A stretch of 58,999 bases of DNA, taken from contig DAPKRQ010000278.1 in assembly GCA_031800475.1 (NCBI GenBank), forward strand, positions 1-58,999, given 5' to 3'. Below are positions 34,472-45,603 of this stretch, in pieces (the stretch's first letter is position 1; each line of letters begins with the position of its first letter). A program made the translations under genes and the position numbers. Origin of the DNA: Myxococcales bacterium LLY-WYZ-16_1 (GTDB lineage Bacteria > Myxococcota > Kuafuiibacteriia > Kuafuiibacteriales > Kuafuiibacteriaceae). The notes beneath the pieces were generated by a model. That model was not told where the DNA came from, did no database searches, and saw only the letters and a program-made list of their open reading frames with translations.

Positions 34472-36291
34472 CCTTACCCGAGGATCGCTGGGAGCGAGCG
34501 GCCCAAGCGGCCAGCTTGGTCGCGGTGGATCCGGCCCTGATCGGCGGCGCCGTGGTCAAAGCCGGGCCAGGCCCAGTCCGGGACGCCTGGTGCGAACGGG
34601 TCCGGAGCCTGATCCGCGAGGGAACGCCGGTTCGGCGAATGCCGATCCACGTGACCGAGGACCGGCTGCTCGGAGGTCTGGACCTGGTTGCGACCCTCCG
34701 CTCGGGCAAGGCCGTCCTCCAGCGGGGTGTGCTCGCCGAGGCCGATGGGGGCGTGGTGTTCGTGGCCATGGCCGAGCGCTTGGCGGCGTCGAATGCAGCG
34801 CACTTGTGCGCGGTGCTCGACCGCCACGAGGTGCTGCTCGAACGGGATGGGTTGGGTCGGCGCACGCCGAGTCGATTCGGTGTGGTGGCCCTGGACGAGG
34901 GCATCGACGATCAGCGCGTACCCCACGCGCTGCACGACCGGTTGGCGCTGATTGTCGATCTCGAAGGCATCGCTGCCGGCCCTTGGATCCGCGAGGCGCC
35001 CGAGACCGACCCGGAGGAGCGGGCGTGGCTGGACGAGGCTCGGGCCTTGCTTCCGGAGGTGGAAGTGCCCGAGCCGGTGGTTCAGGCGCTGTGCTCTGCG
35101 GCCGACACGCTGGGTGTGCCATCCCTTCGGGCGCCGCTGCTCGCGATGCAGGTGGCCCGTGTCGCGGCGGCGCTTCAGGGACGCACGGTGGCCGAGGCGG
35201 AAGACGCCTCGGTGGCGGCCGCCTTCGTGCTGGGGCCCCGGGCCACGCGGGCTCCAGCTCCCCCGGAGACCGAACCCGAAGAGCCCGAGGCGCCCGAGGA
35301 TCCGCCACCCCCGGAGCCACCTCGCAACGAAGACGAGCCTCCGCCGGAAGATGCGGAACAATCGCCCCCTCCCGACCCGGAAGTGCTCGAGGACGTGGTC
35401 TTGGCCGCGGCCCAATCCGCCATGCCCGAAGGTCTGCTCCTGGGCCTTCAGGTCCAGCGGCAGGCGCGCTCGGCCGCCGGGGCCCAGGGGACCGCCGGAG
35501 CGCTCCAAAAGTCGAATCAACGCGGCCGGCCAGTGGGGGTGAGGCCCGGCAACCCCCGGCAGGACGGACGGCTCAACGTGGTGGAGACGCTGCGGTCCGC
35601 CGCTCCGTGGCAGCGTCTGCGCGCCGACGCGGAAGCCGAAAAAGGGGGTCAGCTCCCGGCGGACGGGTCGGGCGACCGGGACCGGGTCCGGGTCCGGCCC
35701 GAAGACTTTCGGATCACCAAGACCCAGCGTCGCACCGAGACCCTGACGATCTTCGCCGTGGACGCATCCGGCTCGGCGGCGGCGTATCGCCTCGCCGAGG
35801 CCAAGGGAGCGGTGGAGCAGGTCCTGGCCGATTGTTACGTGCGCCGAGACAACGTGGCGCTGATCGCTTTTCGCCGGGACCGCGCCGACCTGATCCTGCC
35901 GCCGACCAAGTCCTTGGTTCGGGCCAAACGGAGTCTGGTGCGGCTGCCGGGCGGAGGCGCCACGCCCCTGGCTGCGGGCCTGGATGCCGCCCGAGCTTTG
36001 GCCGACGACGCCCGCCGCCGGGGTCAATCGCCGGTGGTGGTGGTCATGACCGACGGCAAGGCCAACGTGGCCCGCGACGGCAGCCGCGGCGGGTCGAAGC
36101 CCCAAGAGGACGCTTTGGCCGCCGCCCGGGCACTGCGAGAGGACGGCGTGGCGTCCCTGTTCGTGGACACGGCTGTCCGACCGCGACCCGAAGCCAAGTC
36201 CCTGGCCGAAGCCATGGCGGCCCAGTACGTGGCCCTGCCCTACGTGCGAAACCAGGGAATCGCTTCGTACCTCTCGGCCGCGGCCGAGTGA
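34468..36291 (+). CDS. bchD: magnesium chelatase subunit D
   Basis: DRLLGGLDL.ATL, Pro/acidic linker, VDASGS MIDAS, CYVRRD, LPGGGATPLA, TDGKANV. Confidence 0.95.
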   Translation: MTLPEDRWERAAQAASLVAVDPALIGGAVVKAGPGPVRDAWCERVRSLIREGTPVRRMPIHVTEDRLLGGLDLVATLRSGKAVLQRGVLAEADGGVVFVAMAERLAASNAAHLCAVLDRHEVLLERDGLGRRTPSRFGVVALDEGIDDQRVPHALHDRLALIVDLEGIAAGPWIREAPETDPEERAWLDEARALLPEVEVPEPVVQALCSAADTLGVPSLRAPLLAMQVARVAAALQGRTVAEAEDASVAAAFVLGPRATRAPAPPETEPEEPEAPEDPPPPEPPRNEDEPPPEDAEQSPPPDPEVLEDVVLAAAQSAMPEGLLLGLQVQRQARSAAGAQGTAGALQKSNQRGRPVGVRPGNPRQDGRLNVVETLRSAAPWQRLRADAEAEKGGQLPADGSGDRDRVRVRPEDFRITKTQRRTETLTIFAVDASGSAAAYRLAEAKGAVEQVLADCYVRRDNVALIAFRRDRADLILPPTKSLVRAKRSLVRLPGGGATPLAAGLDAARALADDARRRGQSPVVVVMTDGKANVARDGSRGGSKPQEDALAAARALREDGVASLFVDTAVRPRPEAKSLAEAMAAQYVALPYVRNQGIASYLSAAAE

Positions 36292-36395
36292 CCCGCTCGG
36301 GTTGACCCGGCCCGACGATGGGGCAGCCTCGAAGCGCAAGGAATGGCCCGCTCGGCTGGGTTCAACCCAGCCGTGCACCGGTCTAGGGTGCGGTC

Positions 36396-37307
36396 ATGGA
36401 CGGGCCCCGCTGGCACGTGGAGGGCCGAGGCTGGCCGAACCGTGCGAGCAGTCGTTTCGTGCGAGCCGACGGCCTGACTTGGCACGTGCAGGTCATGGGC
36501 TCGGGGCCCGGACTGTTGCTGGTGCACGGCACCGGCGCCGCCACCCACACATGGCGCGATCTGGCCCCGCTGCTGGCCAAGCACTTCACCGTGGTCGCGC
36601 CAGATCTTCCCGGGCACGGCTTTACCCAGATGCCTCGGTCCGGCCGACTGTCCATTCAAGAGATGGCGAGCGGTCTGCATGCGCTGTTGGCCGCTCTCGG
36701 GACCCGGCCCGAGGTGGGGGTCGGTCACTCGGCCGGGGCGCCGATCCTGTGTCAGATGACTTTGGATCTGCGGACCGACTTTCGTTTTCTCGCATCCCTC
36801 AATGGGGCGTTCTTTCCGTTTCGGGGCTGGGCCGGACCGCTCGCCAGCGGGACGGCCCGCCTGATGGCGAATGGCCTGTGGCCGCGGTGGGTGGCATGGA
36901 GAGCGCGAGACCGAGACGTGGTCGACCGGTTGATTCAGGGCACCGGGTCTCGGCTCGATCCGGAGGGCATCGAGCTGTACCAGCGTCTCGTATCCCATCC
37001 GGGGCACGTGGCGGCGGCGCTGCACATGATGGCTCACTGGAACCTGGGGCCGGTGGCTCGGGAGTTGCACCAGATTCAGACCCCGGTGCTGCTGCTGGTC
37101 GGGGACGAAGATCGGGCAGTCCCACCGGACGAGTCGGCTCGGATCGCCCGGCGCTTGCCCCGGGCGCGGGTGGTCTCCATTCCGTGGTCGGGGCACCTGT
37201 CCCACGAGGAACGTCCGGATGCCACGGCACGGGCCATCGTCGATGGCGCTCAGGCAGCCGGTGTGCTCGCGGGTCGGGTGGCGGCGGACGCATCGGCGTC
37301 CGAGTGA
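36396..37307 (+). CDS. bchO: BchO alpha/beta hydrolase (Mg-chelatase accessory)
   Basis: WPNR..SRFV, WHVQVMG, HGTGAATHTWR, GHSAGA, GHLSHEE. Follows bchID. Confidence 0.9.
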   Translation: MDGPRWHVEGRGWPNRASSRFVRADGLTWHVQVMGSGPGLLLVHGTGAATHTWRDLAPLLAKHFTVVAPDLPGHGFTQMPRSGRLSIQEMASGLHALLAALGTRPEVGVGHSAGAPILCQMTLDLRTDFRFLASLNGAFFPFRGWAGPLASGTARLMANGLWPRWVAWRARDRDVVDRLIQGTGSRLDPEGIELYQRLVSHPGHVAAALHMMAHWNLGPVARELHQIQTPVLLLVGDEDRAVPPDESARIARRLPRARVVSIPWSGHLSHEERPDATARAIVDGAQAAGVLAGRVAADASASE

Positions 37308-37348
37308 GTGCCAAAGTCCACGTCCCGGAAGAAAATCGCTCGAGTGGA

Positions 37349-37906
37349 TTAACGGGCCGGGGTTTCGTCCGTCGAATCGGAAGGCTTCTCTCGAAGCGAC
37401 TTCAAAAAGGAGACCACGGCCGAAACGTCTTTGGGATCCCACGTTCCGGACTCGCGATGGTCTTCGCCGGTCTGGCGCACCACCTGTTCGAGCGTTTCGG
37501 CTGAGGCGTCGGCCAAATAGGGCCCGGTCCGGGACAGGTCCCTCAGCGAGGGAACCTGGACCGGCTTGCCGTCTCCGTCGAGGCGACCCGCCGTGGCCCG
37601 GGCGCCCGCGAGTTGGGGCCCCAGGTGGCAGGACGCGCAACGCGCAATGAACACCCGAAGGCCGACCCGCTGGCTTCGCGTCAGTCGCCCCTCCCGGCGC
37701 AGGAAGCGGTCAAAGGCCGTGCGCCCCGGGGCCGGACCGAACAGGGCCTCGGCGCGATCCCGCAGGTCCGTGGGGTTCGGGCCGGTCCGGGGCCGTTCGG
37801 GCCGTCGAGGAAGCTGCGGGTCGGGGCGGGTGCAGCTGCAGACCAGGGCCAAGGCCAACCACCCCCATGGGGCGGCAGGAGCCTTGGTGCCGTTTCGGTG
37901 GGTCAT
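37349..37906 (-). CDS. monoheme c lipoprotein resembling the C-terminal domain of di-heme cytochrome c peroxidase
   Basis: Signal-like WLALALVCSC, FDRFLR, GLRVF..RCASCHLGP, VPSLRDLSRTGPY, TLEQVV, VVSFLKSL. Confidence 0.65.
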   Translation of the reverse strand: MTHRNGTKAPAAPWGWLALALVCSCTRPDPQLPRRPERPRTGPNPTDLRDRAEALFGPAPGRTAFDRFLRREGRLTRSQRVGLRVFIARCASCHLGPQLAGARATAGRLDGDGKPVQVPSLRDLSRTGPYLADASAETLEQVVRQTGEDHRESGTWDPKDVSAVVSFLKSLREKPSDSTDETPAR

Positions 37907-38054
37907 GGACCGGTGCCCGTCGGCCGGAAAATCCTCCGCTTCAGTCCAGCGAAGGCGAATTTCGCGCGCCCCGCGGGGGGGCGAGCGGCACGCGACCGGA
38001 CGAGCGGATGGATTTCGGGGTGACCCGCGGCGCCGAAGCGGGCCTTCTGAACCC

Positions 38055-38405
38055 GTGTACTGGGTGAAGATCATCGGTGCGATCTTGGCCTTCTTGCTGC
38101 CGCTGGCCTGGGCGCTGCGGGAGTTGTGGGTGCTCAAGCGAGATGCGGCGAAGTCGGCGGGCACCGCGGGCTCCGGTGGGCCTTCGCAGGCCGCTCTACC
38201 GAACGGAGGGGGGACCGGCTCTGCCTGCGACCCGTCCTCCCCCTCGGACTTCGGCGCTTCGAGCGCGGCGCCGACCGGCGGGGATGGCGCGGCTTCGAAC
38301 CGGACCGGCGCGTCGGGCCCCGAGCCTGCAGCCTCGACGCCGGAGTCGGCCCAAAGGCCGCAGCGAATCGGGCGGGATGCGGGAGATGACGCCGATCCTC
38401 CCTAG
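38055..38405 (+). CDS. hypothetical single-TM protein
   Basis: IIGAILAFLLPLAWALREL followed by a Gly/Ser/Ala/Pro-rich tail. Start uncertain. Confidence 0.4.
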   Translation: MYWVKIIGAILAFLLPLAWALRELWVLKRDAAKSAGTAGSGGPSQAALPNGGGTGSACDPSSPSDFGASSAAPTGGDGAASNRTGASGPEPAASTPESAQRPQRIGRDAGDDADPP

Positions 38406-38577
38406 GGGGGCGGTACGGGCGGCTGCACGGGGTCCACGGCCGACCTTCTCGCGGGACCCTCCGACCGTTTTCACCCTGCATCCGAGACCGGCAGGTCTCG
38501 GGCGCGGCGGCTGCCTCCGCTCGCCCGGGGCCATCGGACCGGCCGCCCGTTGCCGCCCTTGACTCGGGGCGGCCATC

Positions 38578-38595
38578 TGTACTGTGAAGTTGACA
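38578..38595. promoter_or_regulatory. PpsR box upstream of crtE
   Basis: Perfect TGT-actgtgaagttg-ACA, containing TTGACA, 50 bp before crtE. Confidence 0.75.
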
Positions 38596-38644
38596 GTCTC
38601 CGCTGTTCACTCTGATGAACACTCGCGGGGGGAGGCACAGCCGA

Positions 38645-39511
38645 ATGAGCGCGACGGTCCGGATTGAAACAGCACTCGAAGATGCGATTGCCCGCGTGGA
38701 TCCAGGGGCTCCACCCCGACTGGCTCGGGCGATCCGCCACGCGGTTTTTCCAGGAGGGGCCCGCGTGCGTCCCCTTCTCAGCTTGGCGGTATCCGAGGCG
38801 TGCGGAGACGACCGGCCGGAGCTGTCGGACGCCGTGGCGGTGGCCATCGAGCTTCTGCACTGCGCGTCCCTCGTCCACGACGACCTGCCTTGCTTCGACG
38901 GGGCCGACACGCGCCGGGGCCGACCTTCGGTGCATGCGGCCTTCGGTGAGCCGTTGGCCGTGCTGGTCGGAGACGGCCTGATCGTCATGGCCTTCGAATG
39001 CTTGGCCCGGGCCGGCTCGGGAGCCCCCGAGCGCTTGGTCCCGTTGATCCGCACCCTATCCGCGTCGGCTGGCGCCAGCACCGGTCTGGTGGCCGGCCAG
39101 GCCTGGGAGTCCGAAGTCGACCCGGACCTGGAGGCCTACCACCGGGCGAAGACCGGCTCGCTGTTCACGGCCGCCACGTTGGGTGGGGCGTTGGCTGCCG
39201 GGGCCGATCCGGCTCGGTGGCAGGCCCTGGGCGACCGGCTCGGTGAGGCCTACCAGGTGGCGGACGACCTGCGGGACGCGGTCTCCTCCCCCGAAGAGCT
39301 CGGCAAGCCGGCACGGCAGGACGAAGCGCTGGAGCGACCCAACGCCGTGGCGACCCTCGGCCTGATGGGTGCCCTCGAGCGACTGCACATGTTGCTGCGC
39401 CAGGCCAGCGACGCCGTGCCGGACTGCCCCGGGGCGAGAGGGTTGCGCGAGCTGGTTCAGCTTCAGGCCAAGCGCTTGATCCCGAAGAAGCTGGCCCAGA
39501 GCGCGGCCTGA
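38645..39511 (+). CDS. crtE: geranylgeranyl diphosphate synthase
   Basis: AVFPGGARVRP, LVHDDLPCFD..RRG, GQAWE, YQVADDLRD. Confidence 0.93.
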   Translation: MSATVRIETALEDAIARVDPGAPPRLARAIRHAVFPGGARVRPLLSLAVSEACGDDRPELSDAVAVAIELLHCASLVHDDLPCFDGADTRRGRPSVHAAFGEPLAVLVGDGLIVMAFECLARAGSGAPERLVPLIRTLSASAGASTGLVAGQAWESEVDPDLEAYHRAKTGSLFTAATLGGALAAGADPARWQALGDRLGEAYQVADDLRDAVSSPEELGKPARQDEALERPNAVATLGLMGALERLHMLLRQASDAVPDCPGARGLRELVQLQAKRLIPKKLAQSAA

Positions 39512-39515
39512 TCCC

Positions 39516-40670
39516 GTGCGTCGAGTGCCCCGAGGGCGTCCGGGGCTCGCCGGTTCGTGGGAGCGGTTCGCCCGGTGGTGGCACCGGGTGCTTTCGAGTC
39601 CTTCGTTTCAAAGGAACTCTGCTCGGTGCTGGGCGACCCGATGGTTGGCGCTGCGCCGCACCCGCGCCGTCTTCGACCTATGCGCCGGTTTCGTCTACAG
39701 CCGGGTGCTTCAGGCGGCCGTTCGGTCCAACCTGCTCGAGGTGCTGGCCGAGCGAGGGCCTCGAACGGTCGAGGAGCTCTCGAACGTTCTGCAGCTTTCG
39801 CAAGAAGCGACGCGAAAGCTGCTGAGAGCGACCACGGCGCTGCAGCTCACCGCGGCCCGAGGCGACGACCGCTACGATCTCGGCCGGCATGGAGCTGCGC
39901 TCCTCGGCAACCCTTCACTGCGCAGCATGCTCGACCACCAAGACCTGCTCTATCGGGATCTCGCGGACCCGCTGAAGGTGCTCGGGGGCGCCCCGACCTC
40001 GTTGCGCCGCTATTGGAGCTATGACTCCGGTCCCCAGGGACCGGATCCGGAGACCGCCGCCACCTATTCCAGCCTGATGGCCGAATCCCTCGCGCCCCTG
40101 GCCGACGACGCGCTCGAGACCGGCGTGCTGCGCGGGGCCCGATCCCTGCTCGACGTGGGGGGCGGAGAAGGAGCGTTCTTGGAGCGGGTCCACCGGTCGG
40201 ATCCGTCGATTCGCCTGCACTTGCTGGAACGGCCGGCGGTGGCCGAGCGAGCTCGCAAACGCCTCGCGGCCGCCGGCGTCGGTCCCGTGGACATCTCGAC
40301 CGCAGACGCCCGAACCGACGCCTATCCCGGCCCGGTGGACGCGGTCAGTTTGGTGCGGGTGCTCCACGACCACGACGATCCCGAGGCCCTGGCGATCCTC
40401 CGTCGGGCCCGGGCGGCCCTCGGCGACGGCGGTCGGTTGGTGGTGGTCGAACCCATGCGGGGAATTCGAGGCACGCAGTGCGTCAGCGACGTCTACTTCA
40501 ACCTCTATCTCGCCGCCCTTGGGCAGGGCCGGACCCGCAGTTTGGGCGAATTGAACCGGCTCTTCCGGGCTGCCGGTTTGGCTCCTGGGCAACGAATTCG
40601 CACCCTCCGGCCCCATTTCACCCAGGTCGTGGTCACGCAGCCCGAAACGTCGGCCGGGTGTGAATTCTAA
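39516..40670 (+). CDS. crtF: carotenoid O-methyltransferase
   Basis: [47 protein letters not shown]. Lies between crtE and bchC. Confidence 0.88.
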   Translation: MRRVPRGRPGLAGSWERFARWWHRVLSSPSFQRNSARCWATRWLALRRTRAVFDLCAGFVYSRVLQAAVRSNLLEVLAERGPRTVEELSNVLQLSQEATRKLLRATTALQLTAARGDDRYDLGRHGAALLGNPSLRSMLDHQDLLYRDLADPLKVLGGAPTSLRRYWSYDSGPQGPDPETAATYSSLMAESLAPLADDALETGVLRGARSLLDVGGGEGAFLERVHRSDPSIRLHLLERPAVAERARKRLAAAGVGPVDISTADARTDAYPGPVDAVSLVRVLHDHDDPEALAILRRARAALGDGGRLVVVEPMRGIRGTQCVSDVYFNLYLAALGQGRTRSLGELNRLFRAAGLAPGQRIRTLRPHFTQVVVTQPETSAGCEF

Positions 40671-40702
40671 TTGACATCAAAGCGCGTCAAGGAAAGCTTA
40701 CA
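40659..40702. promoter_or_regulatory. tandem PpsR/CrtJ boxes 8 bp apart at the bchC promoter
   Basis: TGT-gaattctaattg-ACA (40659-40676) and CGT-caaggaaagctt-ACA (40685-40702). TTGACA at 40671. Confidence 0.85.
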
Positions 40703-40708
40703 CACGTG

Positions 40709-41638
40709 ATGGACGCGATGGCCGTCATTCTCGAGCAGCCGGAACGGCTGAAGGTCGATCGCCTCGAGCTGACGCCCCCCGGGGACGGCGATGTCGTGGT
40801 GGACGTCGCCTACAGCGGCATCAGCACGGGCACCGAGCGGCTGCTGTGGTCCGGTCGCATGCCACCGTTCCCAGGCCTCGGTTACCCTCTCGTTCCCGGC
40901 TACGAATCGGTGGGCCAAGTCACGGACGCGGGTCGCTCCGAATTTCGAGCGGGCGACTGGGTCTTCGTTCCGGGCGCGCGCTGCTTTGGCGAGGTTCGGG
41001 GTCTTTTCGGTGGATCAGCTTCCCGCTTGGTGGTCGACGCTTCCCGCCTGACGAAGATCGATCCCGAACTCAAAGAAAAGGGTGCGCTGCTGGCCCTCGC
41101 CGCTACCGCTGCCCATGCGCTGGTCGACCAGGAACTGCCGGATCTCATCGTCGGTCATGGAGTGCTCGGACGCCTGCTGGCTCGGATCACGGTCGCTCTC
41201 GGTGGACAGCCGTTGGTCTGGGAAACGAATCCCATTCGCTCCGAAGGCGCGATGGGATACCGGGTCGTGCATCCGTCCTCCGACGAAAAGAGGGATTACC
41301 GCTCCATCTGCGACGTGAGCGGAGATCCGAAACTTCTCGACGACTTGATCGGACGCCTGGGCAAAGGTGGAGAGGTCGTGCTCGCGGGCTTCTACAGCGA
41401 GCGACTCTCCTTCGATTTTCCCCCCGCGTTCATCAAGGAAGCACGCATTCGAATTGCGGCGGAGTGGCAACCCGCCGACATGGCCGTCGTCCAGGAACTC
41501 CTCGCCGACGGACGGCTCTCTTTGAACGGTCTCATCAGCCATTGCTGGCCCGTGGAGCGGGCGGAAGAGGCTTATCGTACGGCATTCCAGGACCCCGCCT
41601 GTCTGAAGATGCTGCTCGAATGGAAGGAGCGAAAGTGA
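40709..41638 (+). CDS. bchC: 3-hydroxyethyl bacteriochlorophyllide dehydrogenase
   Basis: [50 protein letters not shown]. Start 40706 or 40709. Confidence 0.96.
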   Translation: MDAMAVILEQPERLKVDRLELTPPGDGDVVVDVAYSGISTGTERLLWSGRMPPFPGLGYPLVPGYESVGQVTDAGRSEFRAGDWVFVPGARCFGEVRGLFGGSASRLVVDASRLTKIDPELKEKGALLALAATAAHALVDQELPDLIVGHGVLGRLLARITVALGGQPLVWETNPIRSEGAMGYRVVHPSSDEKRDYRSICDVSGDPKLLDDLIGRLGKGGEVVLAGFYSERLSFDFPPAFIKEARIRIAAEWQPADMAVVQELLADGRLSLNGLISHCWPVERAEEAYRTAFQDPACLKMLLEWKERK

Positions 41639-42651
41639 GCACTACATACGTCACCCTGCAGAATGACCCGATCGGCAAGATGCACGATCAACTCCGACAA
41701 GAGGCATCGGTGGAGCCCGAGGCCCCTTCGACCGAAAAGCCGACCAAGGACACCCAGATCATCGCGATCTACGGCAAGGGCGGCATCGGCAAGAGCTTCA
41801 CCCTGTCGAACCTGTCGTACATGATGGCCCAGCAGGGAAAGAAGGTCCTGCTGATCGGCTGTGACCCCAAGAGCGACACCACGTCGTTGCTGTTCGGTGG
41901 AAGGGCCTGCCCGACCATCATCGAGACGTCTTCGAAGAAGAAGGAGTCGGGAGAGCAGGTGCAGATCGGCGACGTCTGCTTCAAGCGAGACGGCGTCTAT
42001 GCCATGGAGCTGGGGGGACCCGAGGTCGGCCGGGGTTGCGGCGGACGAGGCATCATTCACGGATTCGAGACCCTCGAAAAGCTCGGCTTCAACGACTGGG
42101 GCTTCGACTATGTGCTCCTCGACTTTTTGGGAGACGTGGTCTGCGGTGGCTTCGGTCTGCCGATCGCCAGAGACATGTGCCAGAAGGTCATCGTCGTCGG
42201 CTCGAACGACCTGCAGTCGCTGTACGTAGCCAACAACGTGTGCTCTGCGGCCCAGTACTTTCAAAAGCTCGGTGGACACGTGGGCGTGGCCGGTATGGTC
42301 GTCAACAAGGACGACGGAAGCGGTGAGGCCCAGGCGTTCGCGCAAGAGGTCGGTATCCCGATCCTCGCTTCGATTCCGGCGCACGACGACATTCGCAAGA
42401 AGAGCGCCAATTATCAGATCATCGGAAAGCCCGGCACGCCTTGGGCGCCCCTGTTCGAGGAACTGGGCACCAACGTGGCGGACGCTCCGCCGCTGCATCC
42501 CACTCCGTTGACGCAAGACCAGCTTCTGGCCCTGTTCAAGAGCGAAGACGTGGGGCGCGACGTGGTTTTGGAGCCTGCGACGGAAGAGGACCTGTGCGGT
42601 CCGAGCTCGAACCGCCGCCGGTCCCTCGAGGTCATCTACGACTCGGTTTGA
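41635..42651 (+). CDS. bchX: chlorophyllide a reductase Fe protein
   Basis: [54 protein letters not shown] overlap with bchC. Confidence 0.97.
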   Translation: MSTTYVTLQNDPIGKMHDQLRQEASVEPEAPSTEKPTKDTQIIAIYGKGGIGKSFTLSNLSYMMAQQGKKVLLIGCDPKSDTTSLLFGGRACPTIIETSSKKKESGEQVQIGDVCFKRDGVYAMELGGPEVGRGCGGRGIIHGFETLEKLGFNDWGFDYVLLDFLGDVVCGGFGLPIARDMCQKVIVVGSNDLQSLYVANNVCSAAQYFQKLGGHVGVAGMVVNKDDGSGEAQAFAQEVGIPILASIPAHDDIRKKSANYQIIGKPGTPWAPLFEELGTNVADAPPLHPTPLTQDQLLALFKSEDVGRDVVLEPATEEDLCGPSSNRRRSLEVIYDSV

Positions 42652-42661
42652 GGAGGTTGCC

Positions 42662-44152
42662 ATGACTCGAGAAGGTCCATCCTGCAGCGGAGACAAGCGA
42701 AAGCTCCGAGAGGCAGCGGCCAAGGCCGGCGCCGGCGAGACCCTGGAGCAGTACGCGCAAGACTATCCGATGGGGCCGCACGACCAGCCCCAGAGCATGT
42801 GCCCCGCGTTCGGTTCACTCCGAGTGGGGCTGCGCATGCGCCGAACCGCAACCATTCTGTCGGGCTCGGCGTGCTGCGTGTACGGTCTGACGTTCACCTC
42901 CCACTTCTACGGGGCCCGGCGAACGGTCGGGTACGTGCCGTTCGACTCGGAGAGCCTGGTTACGGGCAAGCTCTATGAAGACATTCGCGAAGCGGTCCAC
43001 GAGATGGCCGACCCGGAGCACTACGACGCCATCGTGGTGACCAACCTGTGCGTGCCCACGGCCTCGGGTGTGCCGCTGCGCTTGCTTCCCAAGGAAATCG
43101 ACGGGGTCCGCATCATCGGGATCGACGTTCCCGGCTTTGGTGTACCGACCCACGCCGAAGCGAAGGACGTGCTGGCCGGTGCCATGCTTCAGTACGCCCG
43201 GCAGGAAGCGGAGCAAGGCCCCGTGGCAGCGCCTCGGGGCGGTCCGTCGGAGCGACCCACCGTCACCTTGGTCGGGGAGATGTTCCCGGTGGATCCGGTG
43301 ACCATCGGTCGCATGCTGGAGCCCCTCGGGCTGGCAGCCGGGCCGGTTGTGCCGACCCGGGAGTGGCGCGAGCTGTATGCCGCCCTCGACGGCGCGGTGG
43401 TGGCGGGGATCCACCCGTTCTACACCGCGGCTTTCCGCGAGTTTTCGGCGGCCGGTCGTCCGATCGTCGGCTCGGCTCCGGTGGGCCTGGACGGCACGGC
43501 GACCTGGCTCGACGAAATCTCCAAGGCCTGCGGGGTGCCCCAGCAGAAGGTCGATGCGGCCAAAGCGCAGCTTTTGCCGGCCATTCGGAGTGCCCTGGAT
43601 GCCGCGCCGATCAAAGGCCGGATCACTCTGTCGGGCTATGAGGGATCGGAGCTCATCGTGGCTCGGCTGCTGATCGAAAGTGGGGCCGACGTGCGCTACG
43701 TGGGCACCGCGTGCCCCCGCACCGAGTGGTCCGATCCGGATCGGGAGTGGCTGGAAGCGCGCGGCGTCCAGGTTCGTTACCGGGCGTCGCTCGAGCAGGA
43801 CATTCAGGCCATGGAGGAGTTCAAGCCGGACCTCACGGTCGGCACCACTCCGGTGGTGCAAGCGGCGAAGGAACGGGCGATCCCATCGCTGTACTTCACG
43901 AACCTCATTTCCGCCCGGCCGCTGATGGGTCCGGCGGGTGCGGGTTCTCTGGCGCAGGTCATCAACGCGGCCCTCGGCAGCAAGAATCGCTTCGACGAGA
44001 TGCGCGAGTTCTTCGAGGGCGTGGGCCAGGGCTTCAACGCGGGAGTCTGGGAGCAGGTCCCGGTTGATCGTCCGAAGTTCCGCGAGCAGCAGCTCGTTCA
44101 GCTTCGTCGCCACAAGCGAAAGCTGAAGAAGGAGGAGGCGGTCAAATGCTAG
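42662..44152 (+). CDS. bchY: chlorophyllide a reductase subunit Y
   Basis: [47 protein letters not shown]. Confidence 0.97.
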   Translation: MTREGPSCSGDKRKLREAAAKAGAGETLEQYAQDYPMGPHDQPQSMCPAFGSLRVGLRMRRTATILSGSACCVYGLTFTSHFYGARRTVGYVPFDSESLVTGKLYEDIREAVHEMADPEHYDAIVVTNLCVPTASGVPLRLLPKEIDGVRIIGIDVPGFGVPTHAEAKDVLAGAMLQYARQEAEQGPVAAPRGGPSERPTVTLVGEMFPVDPVTIGRMLEPLGLAAGPVVPTREWRELYAALDGAVVAGIHPFYTAAFREFSAAGRPIVGSAPVGLDGTATWLDEISKACGVPQQKVDAAKAQLLPAIRSALDAAPIKGRITLSGYEGSELIVARLLIESGADVRYVGTACPRTEWSDPDREWLEARGVQVRYRASLEQDIQAMEEFKPDLTVGTTPVVQAAKERAIPSLYFTNLISARPLMGPAGAGSLAQVINAALGSKNRFDEMREFFEGVGQGFNAGVWEQVPVDRPKFREQQLVQLRRHKRKLKKEEAVKC

Positions 44153-45603
44153 TGCTGGATCACGACCGCGCCGGCGGGTACTGGGGTGCGGTCTACGTCT
44201 TCACCTCGGTCAAAGGCCTTCAGGTGATCATCGACGGACCGGTGGGTTGCGAGAACCTTCCGGTGACCTCCGTGCTGCACTACACTGACGGTCTCCCACC
44301 GCACGAGCTTCCGGTTTGCGTCACTGGGCTGGCCGAAGAGGAACTCGGTCAAAAGGGAACGGAAGGCGCGATGCACCGGGCCCACGAGTATCTCGAGGAC
44401 AGCTTGCCCAGCGTCGTGGTCACCGGATCCATCGCTGAGATGATCGGCGGCGGCGTGACGCCGGAGGGAACCGGCATCATGCGCTTTTTGCCTCGGACCA
44501 TCGACGAAGATCAGTGGCAAAGCGCCAACCGGGCCATGAACTGGATCTGGGAGCAGTGGGGCGCCAAAAAAGGCCGAATGCCGAAGCCTCGTCCGAAAAA
44601 GGACGGGGACAAGCCCAAGGTCAACATCATCGGTCCGAGCTACGGTTATTTCAATACCTGGTCGGACCTGGCGGAGATCCGGCGACTCATCGAGGGGATC
44701 GGCGCCGAGGTTCACATGGTGTTCCCGCTCGGCACCCACCTGGCGGACGTGGAGCGACTGGTCGATGCAGAGGTCAACGTCTGCATGTACCGAGAATACG
44801 GCCGCAGGCTCTGCGAGGCTCTGGACCGTCCCTATCTGCAAGCGCCGATCGGGCTGCACAGCACCACCAAGTTCCTCCGGAAGCTTGGTGAGCTGCTCGG
44901 CCTCGACCCGGAGCCCTTCATCGAGAAGGAGAAGCACACGACCATCAAGCCCATCTGGGATCTGTGGCGGTCCGTGACACAAGACTTCTTCGGGACGGCG
45001 TCCTTCGCGGTCGTGGCCAACGAGACGTATACCCGCGGTTTGCGCAATTACCTCGAAACGGAGCTGGGTCTACCTTGCACCTTCTCGTTTTCGAGAAGCG
45101 CGGGCCGCAAGCCCGACAACGCGACAGTGCGACAGCACGTTCGCGAGAAGACTCCCTTGATCATGTTCGGGAGCTACAACGAAAGAATGTATTTGGCAGA
45201 AGCGGGTTCGAAGGCGATGTACATCCCCGCTTCTTTTCCGGGGACCGCAATCCGTCGACACACCGGTACGCCGTTCATGGGATACGCGGGTGCGACGTAC
45301 ATCCTTCAGGAAGTTTGCAACGCGTTGTTCGATGCGCTGTTCCACATCCTGCCGCTGGGCACGGACATGGACGCCGTCGACGCGACGCCGTCTCGACTGC
45401 ACGAAGAACTGCCGTGGGACGACGAGGCGCAACGCGAGCTCGACAAGCTGATGGAGAAGGTGCCGGTCCTCACCCGAATCTCGGCAGCGAAGATGCTGCG
45501 AGACGCGTCCGAGCGCGAAGCAAAGCGCCTCGGTGAAGAAAGGGTAACGGCACAGCGAGTCGCCGCTACCCACGCGGAAACCGCGAAAGGATGGGCAGCA
45601 TGA
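44146..45603 (+). CDS. bchZ: chlorophyllide a reductase subunit Z
   Basis: [48 protein letters not shown]. Confidence 0.97.
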   Translation: MLVLDHDRAGGYWGAVYVFTSVKGLQVIIDGPVGCENLPVTSVLHYTDGLPPHELPVCVTGLAEEELGQKGTEGAMHRAHEYLEDSLPSVVVTGSIAEMIGGGVTPEGTGIMRFLPRTIDEDQWQSANRAMNWIWEQWGAKKGRMPKPRPKKDGDKPKVNIIGPSYGYFNTWSDLAEIRRLIEGIGAEVHMVFPLGTHLADVERLVDAEVNVCMYREYGRRLCEALDRPYLQAPIGLHSTTKFLRKLGELLGLDPEPFIEKEKHTTIKPIWDLWRSVTQDFFGTASFAVVANETYTRGLRNYLETELGLPCTFSFSRSAGRKPDNATVRQHVREKTPLIMFGSYNERMYLAEAGSKAMYIPASFPGTAIRRHTGTPFMGYAGATYILQEVCNALFDALFHILPLGTDMDAVDATPSRLHEELPWDDEAQRELDKLMEKVPVLTRISAAKMLRDASEREAKRLGEERVTAQRVAATHAETAKGWAA

